In this document: in pieces, positions 48,138 through 55,739 of the stretch
Position numbering within the stretch: position 1 is the first letter of the stretch
How the letters are laid out: the number at the start of each line of letters is the position of its first letter
NCBI GenBank assembly: GCA_046758845.1
Contig: JBHIBA010000002.1
Location: forward strand, 1 to 55,739
From: Nitrospinota bacterium
Lineage (GTDB): Bacteria > UBA8248 > JACPRG01 > G963555815
Direction: 5' to 3'
DNA: 55,739 bases
Notes under the pieces: generated by a model
What the model was told of the DNA's origin: nothing
Database searches by the model: none
The model's input: the letters and a program-made list of their open reading frames with translations, nothing else
Position numbers and translations under genes: made by a program

Positions 48138-48491
48138 ATGACGAACCGGACGCCCTATCAGCGCGTGGACCGTGTGAGTGACCAGGTCCGTAGGGAGCTC
48201 GCCGAGATCCTCCGGACCGAGGTGAAAGACCCCCGGATCGGCTTGGTCTCTTTGACGGCTGTCGACGTGACCCCGGACCTCAGACAGGCAAAGGTGTTTG
48301 TAAGCGTGTACGGAACCCCCGATGAACAAACGAGTTCGTTGGCGGGTCTGCAGAGCGCGTCCGGATTTGTTCGAACGCTCCTGGGGCGCAGGCTTCGTCT
48401 GAAGCGAACGCCCGAACTGTTGTTTCTCCTGGATGATTCCATCGCCCGTGGCGCCCGAATCCATGCCGCTCTTGCAAGCCTCAAAAGCTAA
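48138..48491 (+). CDS. rbfA: Ribosome-binding factor A
   Basis: Contains RVSDQVRRELAEILRTEVKDPRIGLVSLTAVDVTPDLRQAKVFVSV. The ATG immediately follows the preceding stop. Confidence 0.9.
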   Translation: MTNRTPYQRVDRVSDQVRRELAEILRTEVKDPRIGLVSLTAVDVTPDLRQAKVFVSVYGTPDEQTSSLAGLQSASGFVRTLLGRRLRLKRTPELLFLLDDSIARGARIHAALASLKS

Positions 48492-48513
48492 ACAGTCGGA
48501 AAACCGGTGGGTT

Positions 48514-49434
48514 TTGGGTTTTCTGAATCTTTACAAAGTGGCTGGGCCGACGTCGCACGACGTGGTGGCGCGGCTTCGCAAGGCCCTGCGGGACGTGCGC
48601 GTGGGTCACGGCGGAACGCTGGACCCGGCGGCGGAGGGCGTTCTGCCCATCTGTGTGGGCGGCGCGACAAAATATTTCGACTACCTCCTCGAATCCCGAA
48701 AGACCTATCTCGCGACCATTCGCCTCGGGGTCATCACCGCCACCCAGGACCGCGACGGAGAGGTGGTCGAGGAAAGGCCGGTCGGCCCCCTGGATCCGGA
48801 CGCCTTCTCGGCCCTTCTCTCCAAGTTCGAGGGGGACATCGAGCAAATTCCGCCGATGTACTCCGCTCGCCGCTACCAGGGAAAACGGTTGTACGAACTG
48901 GCCCGGGCCGGCATTGAGGTGGAACGACCCGTCCAGCGGGGCAAGGTCCACTGGATCCGCCTCCTCTCCGTCGATCCCCCCCATGTCACCTTCGAAGTCG
49001 AGTGCGGCCGCGGAACCTACGTCCGCACCCTTTGCCACGACATCGGCCTGGCATGGGGCACCGGGGGGCACCTGGCCCGGCTGACGCGGCGGGCGGTGGG
49101 GTCCTTCCGCGTGGAGGACGCCGTCTCGGTGGAGGAGGCCGAGGAACAGATTCGCCAGGGAAGGCTGAAGGAAATCTTGATCCCGGTGGGAGAGGGTCTG
49201 GCCTTTCTGCCTTGCGTCAGTCTCATCCGGGTTCCGTCGGGGGGGTTGAGGAAGGGCCTGTGGATTTTGGAGGGGGTCTTCGCTCGACGCCTGCCGGAAG
49301 GGCCGCCCGGCAGTCACGTTCGACTGGTAAATGATTCGGGCCGGACGCTCGCCCTGGCGCGGATCCTTCCGGGAGAACCGGTCCGACTCCAGGTCCGAAA
49401 GGTGATTGACGCACCGGGGGGGACTGCGGATTGA
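48514..49434 (+). CDS. truB: tRNA pseudouridine-55 synthase TruB
   Basis: Contains [17 protein letters not shown], the catalytic Asp in [15 protein letters not shown], and a PUA-like C-terminus. The start is ambiguous: TTG 48514 has a GGTGGG upstream, and ATG 48463 or ATG 48433 would overlap rbfA. Confidence 0.85.
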   Translation: MGFLNLYKVAGPTSHDVVARLRKALRDVRVGHGGTLDPAAEGVLPICVGGATKYFDYLLESRKTYLATIRLGVITATQDRDGEVVEERPVGPLDPDAFSALLSKFEGDIEQIPPMYSARRYQGKRLYELARAGIEVERPVQRGKVHWIRLLSVDPPHVTFEVECGRGTYVRTLCHDIGLAWGTGGHLARLTRRAVGSFRVEDAVSVEEAEEQIRQGRLKEILIPVGEGLAFLPCVSLIRVPSGGLRKGLWILEGVFARRLPEGPPGSHVRLVNDSGRTLALARILPGEPVRLQVRKVIDAPGGTAD

Positions 49435-49468
49435 GTCCCCACGGAAAACTTCTCGAAGGAACAGCGGA

Positions 49469-49735
49469 ATGATCACCAAGGAACAGAAGCAGAACCTGAT
49501 GGGAGAGTATAGCCGGCACGAAAAAGACACGGGCTCGCCCGAGGTCCAGGTGGCGCTGTTGACCCGTCGCATCGACCACCTGACCGAGCACATGAAAATC
49601 CACAAAAAGGACTTCAACACCCGTCGCGGCCTTCTGAAGATGGTCGGGCAGCGAAGGCGGCTGCTGGACTATCTCAAAGAAAAGGACATCGACCGGTACC
49701 GCACGCTGATCCAACAACTGAACATCCGTCGGTAA
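49469..49735 (+). CDS. rpsO: 30S ribosomal protein S15
   Basis: Starts [48 protein letters not shown] and is 88 aa. The ATG lies inside ORF 49406..49735. Confidence 0.95.
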   Translation: MITKEQKQNLMGEYSRHEKDTGSPEVQVALLTRRIDHLTEHMKIHKKDFNTRRGLLKMVGQRRRLLDYLKEKDIDRYRTLIQQLNIRR

Positions 49736-49757
49736 CCGGTTTCGGAGGAAACACCGG

Positions 49758-51851
49758 ATGCATCACAAGATAGCGGAAGACATCGGAGGAAGAACCCTCA
49801 CCCTTGAAACCGGGGAGATGGCCAAGCAGGCCCACGGGGCCGTCGTCGTCTCCTACGGCGAATCCATAATCCTGGCCACGGTCGTGGCCGGAGGTCTCCG
49901 GGAGGGGATCGATTTCTTCCCTCTCACGGTGGATTATCGCGAGAAATTCTTTGCCGCGGGCCGGATCCCGGGGGGCTTTTTCAAGCGGGAAGGACGCCCG
50001 AACGAAAAGGAGATCCTGACCAGCCGGCTGATCGACCGGCCCATCCGACCGCTCTTTCCCGAAGGGTTCCAAGAAGAAACCCAGATCATGATCAGCACCT
50101 TGTCGCACGACGGAAAGAACAACACGGACACCCTGTCGATCATCGGCTCGTCGGCGGCGTTGATGATTTCCGACGTCCCGTTCCACGGCCCCCTGGGGGC
50201 CGTGCGGGTCGGCCGCCTGGACGGCCAGCTGGTCATCAACCCCACCTACGAGGAGCTGGAGGCCAGCGACCTGAACGTGGTCCTCGCTGGACGGGAGGAC
50301 TCCATCGTCATGGTCGAGGGCGGCGCGGATCAGGTCTCCGAAGAGGTCATGATCCAGGCTTTTGAGGAAGGCCAGCGGGTCATCAGGACTCTCGTCCGAA
50401 TGCAGCAAGATCTTCAGAAACTGGCGAGCCGTCCGGACCGGCCCTGGGAAGCCCCCGTGGAGGACGGAACGACAGGCCGGCGGCTGAGCGAAGACTTCGC
50501 AGACCGGCTGCTTGAAGCCGTTAGGACCCCAGAGAAGCAACAGCGGCAGATGGCCGTGGATGCGTTGCGGGAAGAGGCGCTCGAAAAAATCGGGGGGCAG
50601 GACGAAGAACTTCGGAAAAGGGTGGCGAAGGAATTCGACGAATTGGAGTACGAGCAGGTTCGCCGTCTGATCGTGGAGAAGGAGGTCCGGGCCGACGGGC
50701 GGGATCTGAGCTCGGTCCGGCCCATCTCGGGGCGGGTCGGCATGTTGCCCCGCGTCCATGGTTCCGCGCTGTTCACGCGCGGGGAGACCCAGGCGCTGGT
50801 GACAGCGACGCTGGGGACCTCTGACGACGAACAGCAACTGGATTTTCTCGAAACCCGGGACCGCAAAACCTTCATGCTCCACTATAACTTCCCGCCTTTC
50901 TGTACGGGCGAGATCAAACCCCTGCGGGGGACCGGGCGGAGGGAGGTCGGCCACGGCGCGCTGGCCGAGCGGGCCATCCGACCCGTCCTGCCGGATCACG
51001 AAAGCTTTCCCTACACCATCCGGGTCGTCTCGGACATCCTGGAATCCAACGGGTCTTCCTCGATGGCCACCGTTTGCGGAAGCAGCCTGTCCCTGATGGA
51101 CGCGGGCGTACCCATTCAAGCGCCCGTGGCCGGGATCGCCATGGGCCTCATCATGGAAAATGGACGCCCTTTCATCCTCACCGACATCCTGGGCTTGGAA
51201 GATCACCTGGGCGATATGGACTTCAAGGTGGCCGGGACCCGCAACGGAATCACGGCCATTCAAATGGACATCAAGGTCCAAGGACTGTCGATGGACGTGA
51301 TGAAGACCGCCCTCGACCAGGCCCGGGAGGCGAGGTTGCACGTCCTTGGCAAGATGGACGCCATCCTCAATGAACCGCGCAAAGAGCTCTCGGCCTATGC
51401 GCCGCGCATCTTCACCCTGAAGATTCGGCCGGAGAAGGTGCGCGACGTGATCGGCCCGGGCGGAAAGGTGGTGCGCGGGATTATCGAGAAGACCGGGGTG
51501 AGCATCGACATTGAGGACGACGGCACGATTCGCGTCGCTTCGGTCGATGAACCCTCGGCCAGGGCCGCCATGGCCATGATCAAAGACCTGACCCAGGAGG
51601 CCGAAATCGGCAAGATCTATCGCGGAATCGTCAAGAAGATCATGGACTTCGGCGCCTTCGTCGAGATCTTTCCGGGCACCGACGGCTTGGTGCACATCTC
51701 CCAGCTCGCCGATTCGCGCGTCCGGACCGTCACAGACGTGGTGAAAGAGGGCGACGAGGTCATGGTGAAGGTCCTAGAGATCGACGGCCAGGGCCGGATT
51801 CGTCTCAGTCGGAAAGAGGCCCTTCGCACTACCGTGGTGGACAAGGCGTAA
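49758..51851 (+). CDS. pnp: Polyribonucleotide nucleotidyltransferase (PNPase)
   Basis: Has two RNase PH domains, a KH domain (IGPGGKVVRGI) and an S1 domain (GKIYRGIVKKIMDFGAFVEI). It takes the classical rpsO-pnp order. Confidence 0.95.
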   Translation: MHHKIAEDIGGRTLTLETGEMAKQAHGAVVVSYGESIILATVVAGGLREGIDFFPLTVDYREKFFAAGRIPGGFFKREGRPNEKEILTSRLIDRPIRPLFPEGFQEETQIMISTLSHDGKNNTDTLSIIGSSAALMISDVPFHGPLGAVRVGRLDGQLVINPTYEELEASDLNVVLAGREDSIVMVEGGADQVSEEVMIQAFEEGQRVIRTLVRMQQDLQKLASRPDRPWEAPVEDGTTGRRLSEDFADRLLEAVRTPEKQQRQMAVDALREEALEKIGGQDEELRKRVAKEFDELEYEQVRRLIVEKEVRADGRDLSSVRPISGRVGMLPRVHGSALFTRGETQALVTATLGTSDDEQQLDFLETRDRKTFMLHYNFPPFCTGEIKPLRGTGRREVGHGALAERAIRPVLPDHESFPYTIRVVSDILESNGSSSMATVCGSSLSLMDAGVPIQAPVAGIAMGLIMENGRPFILTDILGLEDHLGDMDFKVAGTRNGITAIQMDIKVQGLSMDVMKTALDQAREARLHVLGKMDAILNEPRKELSAYAPRIFTLKIRPEKVRDVIGPGGKVVRGIIEKTGVSIDIEDDGTIRVASVDEPSARAAMAMIKDLTQEAEIGKIYRGIVKKIMDFGAFVEIFPGTDGLVHISQLADSRVRTVTDVVKEGDEVMVKVLEIDGQGRIRLSRKEALRTTVVDKA

Positions 51852-51890
51852 GGGGCGCCGCCCTCCCGGCGACGCCGGATGGTTGACGAA

Positions 51891-51923
51891 GTGGATTGGG
51901 CGTTCGCCCGTCCACTCTTTTTT
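51891..51923 (+). terminator. Rho-independent terminator after pnp
   Basis: The hairpin is GTGGA-TT-GGGCG TTC GCCCG-TCCAC, about 10 bp with a small bulge. It is followed by TCTTTTTTG. Confidence 0.65.
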
Positions 51924-52089
51924 GTCCGAAACCCGGCCGACCGTCGAATTGCCACATCCGGGCGCCCCTGTAGAGCTTCCCTGTATCCAGATTCTCATAC
52001 TCACAAAACGGGGCCGACTCCTTCTGGACGAGAAAAAACGGGGCGGCTTTGCGCTTCGTACAAAGAGAAGGAGGGAAGGGGAGGGCGGG

Positions 52090-52133
52090 AGAACTTCGGG
52101 TCGTCGTGGTGTATAATTCTTCCCCGAAGTTCT
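52090..52133 (+). promoter_or_regulatory. Candidate promoter -10 (TATAAT 52112-52117) bracketed by a perfect 11-bp inverted repeat (possible operator)
   Basis: AGAACTTCGGG (52090-52100) and CCCGAAGTTCT (52123-52133) flank GTATAATTCT. The TATAAT ends 39 nt before the TTG start at 52157, the same spacing as the infB site. Confidence 0.3.
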
Positions 52134-52156
52134 TTCAGGAAAGGGGCTGAATCCCT

Positions 52157-52822
52157 TTGATTGACTTGCACACGCATTCATTCTTGAGCGACGGCGCGCT
52201 CATCCCCTCGGAGCTGCTCCGCCGAGCGGAACATCGAGGGATTGAGGCCCTCGCTATCACAGATCACGTAGACGCCTCGAACCTCGACTTCGTGGTTCCC
52301 CGGCTCGTGGAGGTGTGCCGGGCGTGCGCGCCGCATATGGAGATACGGCCGATTCCCGGCGCGGAGATCACCCATGCGCCGCCGGGGCTGATCTCCAAAT
52401 TGGCCGAACGCGCGCGGGAGCTGGGGGCGGCCATTGTCATTGTGCACGGAGAAACGCCGGCGGAGCCCGTCCGTCCGGGCACGAATCGGGCGGCGCTGGA
52501 GGCCCCCATAGACTTCCTGGCTCACCCGGGCCTCATCACTCCCGAAGAGGTGGCCCTGGCCCGGGAACGGGAGATTGCCTTAGAGATTACGGCTCGCCGG
52601 GGGCATAATGCCGCCAACGGACACGTCGCCCGTCTCGCCCTCGAGTTGGGGGCGGAGTTGGTCCTGAACACGGACGCTCACGAACCGGCGGACCTGATCG
52701 ACGACGCGACGGCGCGGACCGTCCTGCTGGGGGCCGGCATTGCAGAAGACCGACTGGACTCGGTCTTCAAAAAAATGCAGTCCCTCGCCAACGAGGCCGC
52801 CGCCGTCTTGCGAGCTACTTGA
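52157..52822 (+). CDS. PHP-domain metal-dependent phosphoesterase (histidinol-phosphatase-like fold)
   Basis: Contains MIDLHTHSFLSDGALIPSELL...ALAITDH...GAEITH...IVHGE...NTDAHEP, the PHP His/Asp metal ladder. TTG start. Confidence 0.7.
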   Translation: MIDLHTHSFLSDGALIPSELLRRAEHRGIEALAITDHVDASNLDFVVPRLVEVCRACAPHMEIRPIPGAEITHAPPGLISKLAERARELGAAIVIVHGETPAEPVRPGTNRAALEAPIDFLAHPGLITPEEVALAREREIALEITARRGHNAANGHVARLALELGAELVLNTDAHEPADLIDDATARTVLLGAGIAEDRLDSVFKKMQSLANEAAAVLRAT

Positions 52823-53532
52823 GAACGGGCTTACCGAAGAAAATCGTGGCCAAAGATAAAAAAAGAATCGACCGCCGCAAACTGAAACAACCCGACGAGT
52901 TCATCACCTGGACGGCCAGGGTGTGGAGGTACACGCAGACCCACAGAAAGCGAGTGGCCTCGGTGGCGGGCGCGGTCCTCCTTCTGGTTATCTTGATCTC
53001 GGCCTACTGGATCTATCGGGAGCGGCGGGAGACTCGCGCCGCGTTGTTGGCCTCGGAGGCGCTTGCCGGCTTCGCCGAAGACCCAACCCAGCCCGCTCTG
53101 TTTGAACGGATTCTGAGAGACTATCCGGGAACCAAGGGGGCGCGGCTGGCGCAGCTTTATCTGGGTCATGTCCTCTACCGGAAAGGCGAAGCGGATCGGG
53201 CCGCGAAGGTCTACGGGGCGGTTACAGAAGACTCGTCCGCCCCGGAGTCGATTCGCTCTCAGGCGATTCTCGGGCAGGGCTACTCCTTGGTGATCCTGAA
53301 ACGGTGTGAGGAGGCGGAATCCGCCTTCGGCAGGGTGCCAGCCTCGTCCTCACTGGCGAAGCAGGAAGCCTTTCTGGCAGTCGGCCGATGTTACGAGCAC
53401 AAAGGCGACCGAGGCGCCGCGGTTCGACGTTACCAGGAATTTGCTCGAAGATTCCCCCGATCCCCGTTCTTGACCCAAGCCCTCCGGTCGAGAATCAATT
53501 CACTCAAGGGCTCGGCCGCCCCGGATGGATGA
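52819..53532 (+). CDS. Membrane-anchored TPR-repeat protein (YfgM-like architecture)
   Basis: Has a basic N-terminus, a single TM helix (VASVAGAVLLLVILISAYWIY), then TPR-like helices (LAQLYLGHVLYRKGEADRAAKVY; FLAVGRCYEHKGDRGAAVRRYQEF). The TTG start overlaps the preceding stop (TTGA). Confidence 0.55.
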   Translation: MRTGLPKKIVAKDKKRIDRRKLKQPDEFITWTARVWRYTQTHRKRVASVAGAVLLLVILISAYWIYRERRETRAALLASEALAGFAEDPTQPALFERILRDYPGTKGARLAQLYLGHVLYRKGEADRAAKVYGAVTEDSSAPESIRSQAILGQGYSLVILKRCEEAESAFGRVPASSSLAKQEAFLAVGRCYEHKGDRGAAVRRYQEFARRFPRSPFLTQALRSRINSLKGSAAPDG

Positions 53533-53674
53533 GCCTTTCGCTCCGCGGTCGCCAAACCCCTCAAGACCTTAGGTTCGCCGACAAAGCCGGCAACGCCCGG
53601 CTACAGTCCTTTCCTAGCCCCGCCCAGCAACTTCTGATAAGTGATATTATGTTAACTAACGGCCGTGAATTCAT

Positions 53675-53698
53675 CCTGAGGCAATCTCAGGTCTTTTG
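53675..53698 (+). terminator. Weak candidate terminator in an AT-rich convergent spacer
   Basis: CCTGAG gcaat CTCAGG is followed by TCTTTTG. The stem is only 6 bp. Confidence 0.35.
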
Positions 53699-53735
53699 CT
53701 CGGTTATGCTTTGTATCCACCTGATTTAACAGCGC

Positions 53736-54575
53736 TTAGGGGCGAAGTGTACGAACGAGGGCCTTGACGCGGTCGATGTCCACGGGTTCCTGGACCCTCC
53801 CTCGTCGCTTGATGCCGCTGCCCACGATGACTCCGTCGGCGGCGGCGCAAAGCTCACGGGAAGTCTCAAGTTTGACGCCGCTGCCGAGGAGGACGGGCAG
53901 GGAGCGGACGGCCTTCTTGACGACACGCAAATCGTCGAATGAGGTCGCGTGTCCGGTCTCGCTTCCAGAAACGATGAGCGCGTCAGCCAGGCCACGGGAG
54001 GCCGCGTCGGAGGCTTCGTTGGATATGTTGGAGCTTCCCAGGGAGGATGAATGTTTGACGCCCACATCGGCGAAGATGGCGAGCGTCGGCAAGAATCGCT
54101 TTCGCTCACGCTGAATTGCATAGGCCGTGGCTTCCAGGAGGCCCTGATCGGTTAGCCGGGCGCCTACGAAGACGTTGATTCGGATGAAACTTGCGCCGGT
54201 CGCGTAGGCGACAGCGAGGGCGGCCAGGGCGTCGTTCCTGAGGACGTTGACGCCGAAGGGAAGATTCAACCCGGAGACCCGGTGTCCGGCCTCGGTCATC
54301 GCGGCAACCGTGACCGGAGGAACCCGGTTGGGAAAGTAAGGCATGTCGTTGAAGTTCTCGATGATGAATCCATCCATCCCCCCTTCCGCCAGCGCCCGGG
54401 CGTCGGCGAGGGCGTTTTTCAACGTCTCCTCCCAGTTTCCCCGGTAGAGAGGACTGCCCGGAAGCGGTCCCAGATGGACCATTCCAATCAAGGGGCGGTC
54501 GACGCCGAAGAGGTCTTTCAGGTTCAAGGCATTTTTTCCCGCCGCGGGGCTACCCCCCTGCCCTCCCACTTGCAT
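53736..54575 (-). CDS. BtpA/SgcQ-family TIM-barrel protein
   Basis: Contains LKDLFGVDRPLIGMVHLGPLPGSPLY...GMDGFIIENFNDMPY...SGSETG, typical of the BtpA family. The start is ATG 54575, with TTG 54605 as an alternative. Confidence 0.8.
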   Translation of the reverse strand: MQVGGQGGSPAAGKNALNLKDLFGVDRPLIGMVHLGPLPGSPLYRGNWEETLKNALADARALAEGGMDGFIIENFNDMPYFPNRVPPVTVAAMTEAGHRVSGLNLPFGVNVLRNDALAALAVAYATGASFIRINVFVGARLTDQGLLEATAYAIQRERKRFLPTLAIFADVGVKHSSSLGSSNISNEASDAASRGLADALIVSGSETGHATSFDDLRVVKKAVRSLPVLLGSGVKLETSRELCAAADGVIVGSGIKRRGRVQEPVDIDRVKALVRTLRP

Positions 54576-54642
54576 CGGCGGCGGCGCTCCAAAAGAACAT
54601 TGCAAAAAAAGGGAGGTTCGGAGAAGGCCCCTCCCCCCTTCC

Positions 54643-55398
54643 CTAGTCTTCGATGAACGCCACCAACCGGCACATGGCCCCTTCCCCGCCGTCGAACCGC
54701 CAAGGGAAACAACCCACCTTGCAGCGGCGATTCAGCACCTGGTCGATGTCCCCGCCCATGTTCTCCACGTGGACACATTCGGCCCGGAAAGGGACCTTGT
54801 GCATCACGTACCAGTTGTCGCGGGGGAAGACCTCGTGGAGCTTCTTGCGCATCTTATCCTCGAACTCGGGCAGAAGGGAGGGGACCCGCTCGGCGATGTG
54901 CGTGTTCATGGGATGGTCCCCGGAACCGCAGTCAAAGGCCGTCCAGCGGATTTCCATGTCCACCAGCCAGTTGGCCAGCTCCACATACCCCCCCGGGTGT
55001 TTGCACATGTACTTGAAGTCGTCCTGCCGGTCTCCCCCCACGTAATGGTGATGGAAGCCGGTGTGGTAGATCAGGATGTCGCCCTTCTTGATCTCCACGC
55101 CCTGGCTGGTGAGCATCTCCGGCGTGATGATCCCCCATTCCTCCACTTCCCGGCTGATGTCTACAATGGCGGCGTCGCCGAACAGCCAGTTGACGTCGAA
55201 GTCTCCGATGGACTTGCCCCCCGGAATGGCGTGCATCTGGGAGTCCAGGTGGGTCCCGATGTGAAGGGTGGTCTCGATGGCCTGGCTGTTGATGCCGGCC
55301 GAGCTGATCGTTTGCCAGTAATAGATCTTCGGCGGCGTGTACCCCACCCAGGCCGGGGTGTGCATGTTCCAAGGATGGCTGAGATCAACCAGTCGCAT
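54643..55398 (-). CDS. Cyclase-family protein (kynurenine formamidase-like metal hydrolase fold)
   Basis: Starts MRLVDLSHPW and has the HxGTHxDxxxH motif (HIGTHLDSQMH). A strong GGAGA Shine-Dalgarno lies 8 nt upstream of the ATG. It is probably co-transcribed with the BtpA-family gene. Confidence 0.8.
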   Translation of the reverse strand: MRLVDLSHPWNMHTPAWVGYTPPKIYYWQTISSAGINSQAIETTLHIGTHLDSQMHAIPGGKSIGDFDVNWLFGDAAIVDISREVEEWGIITPEMLTSQGVEIKKGDILIYHTGFHHHYVGGDRQDDFKYMCKHPGGYVELANWLVDMEIRWTAFDCGSGDHPMNTHIAERVPSLLPEFEDKMRKKLHEVFPRDNWYVMHKVPFRAECVHVENMGGDIDQVLNRRCKVGCFPWRFDGGEGAMCRLVAFIED

Positions 55399-55739
55399 GC
55401 TTCTTTCTCCTTCGAAAGTTCAAACCGGTGTTCCATCTACTCAACATGAAGGGGGATGCACCCGCAAACTATAGCGGCCCGCGCGCGCCAATTCAAATCG
55501 GTGTACTGGCTCAAGACATATGGGTCACGGACGGTGAACCCGCCCACTGGCGCGAGGGAGATTTGAGAGGAAACTTCTTTGCGGGGGGCGCTTTTTGAAA
55601 GGCGCCCCCCCACACCCCCCCGCAAAACTTTTCATTCGCGCAAGAGGGTAGCGCCTGATGGCGCTCCCCTCTTCCGCAAGAAACTGGCCTGTTGGCCGGA
55701 TGCTGCGGCTGGCGAAGCCAGACGGGCATCCGGCCAAAG

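Noticed and set aside
53600-53735. An AT-rich patch in the convergent spacer between the TPR gene and the BtpA-family gene, which could suggest an insertion scar or a small gene.
   Set aside because: No inverted or direct repeats flank it. The only ORF through it (53388..53729) is an out-of-frame continuation with no signature. AT-richness is expected for a convergent terminator region.

Overview
This 55.7 kb window is high-GC (roughly mid-60s % by eye) and gene-dense. It is almost entirely + strand core-genome DNA from a diderm bacterium; LptE, LolA, LpxC, a LapA-like protein, MurJ and RseP are all present. All calls come from motif recognition by eye on the supplied ORF track, and no database search was run.

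Gene order:
- Aspartate-family block: hom (partial), thrC, a PGM-like proposed homoserine kinase, lysC, cimA
- glyQ, glyS, ppdK
- rib operon (ribD, ribE, ribBA, ribH), then nusB
- leuS, lptE, holA, rpsT (- strand)
- murJ, xerD
- phoH, a PgpH-like HD hydrolase, ybeY, a HIT protein, a LapA-like protein, mutS
- An NtrY-like kinase followed by an NtrX-like regulator
- purM, purN
- rhomboid, lolA, rseP, ispG, proS
- rimP, nusA, infB, DUF503, rbfA, truB, rpsO, pnp
- A PHP phosphoesterase and a TPR membrane protein
- On the - strand, a cyclase-family gene followed by a BtpA-family gene

Many genes are translationally coupled through 4-nt overlaps (ATGA, GTGA, TGATG, TTGA), and GTG/TTG starts are common. 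No tRNA, rRNA, CRISPR array or mobile element was found.

The most unusual feature is a single 727-aa ORF at 33362..35545. It fuses an NtrX-type response regulator (REC, degenerate AAA+, Fis-type HTH) in frame to an apparently catalytically intact LpxC lipid A deacetylase, directly downstream of the NtrY-like sensor kinase.

The second notable point is the PGM-like gene in the thr cluster, which appears to have lost both the phospho-Ser nucleophile and its partner Asp.

The remaining observations are minor: nested or overlapping genes, candidate promoters and operators, and structured spacers. The long antisense ORFs are treated as high-GC shadow ORFs.
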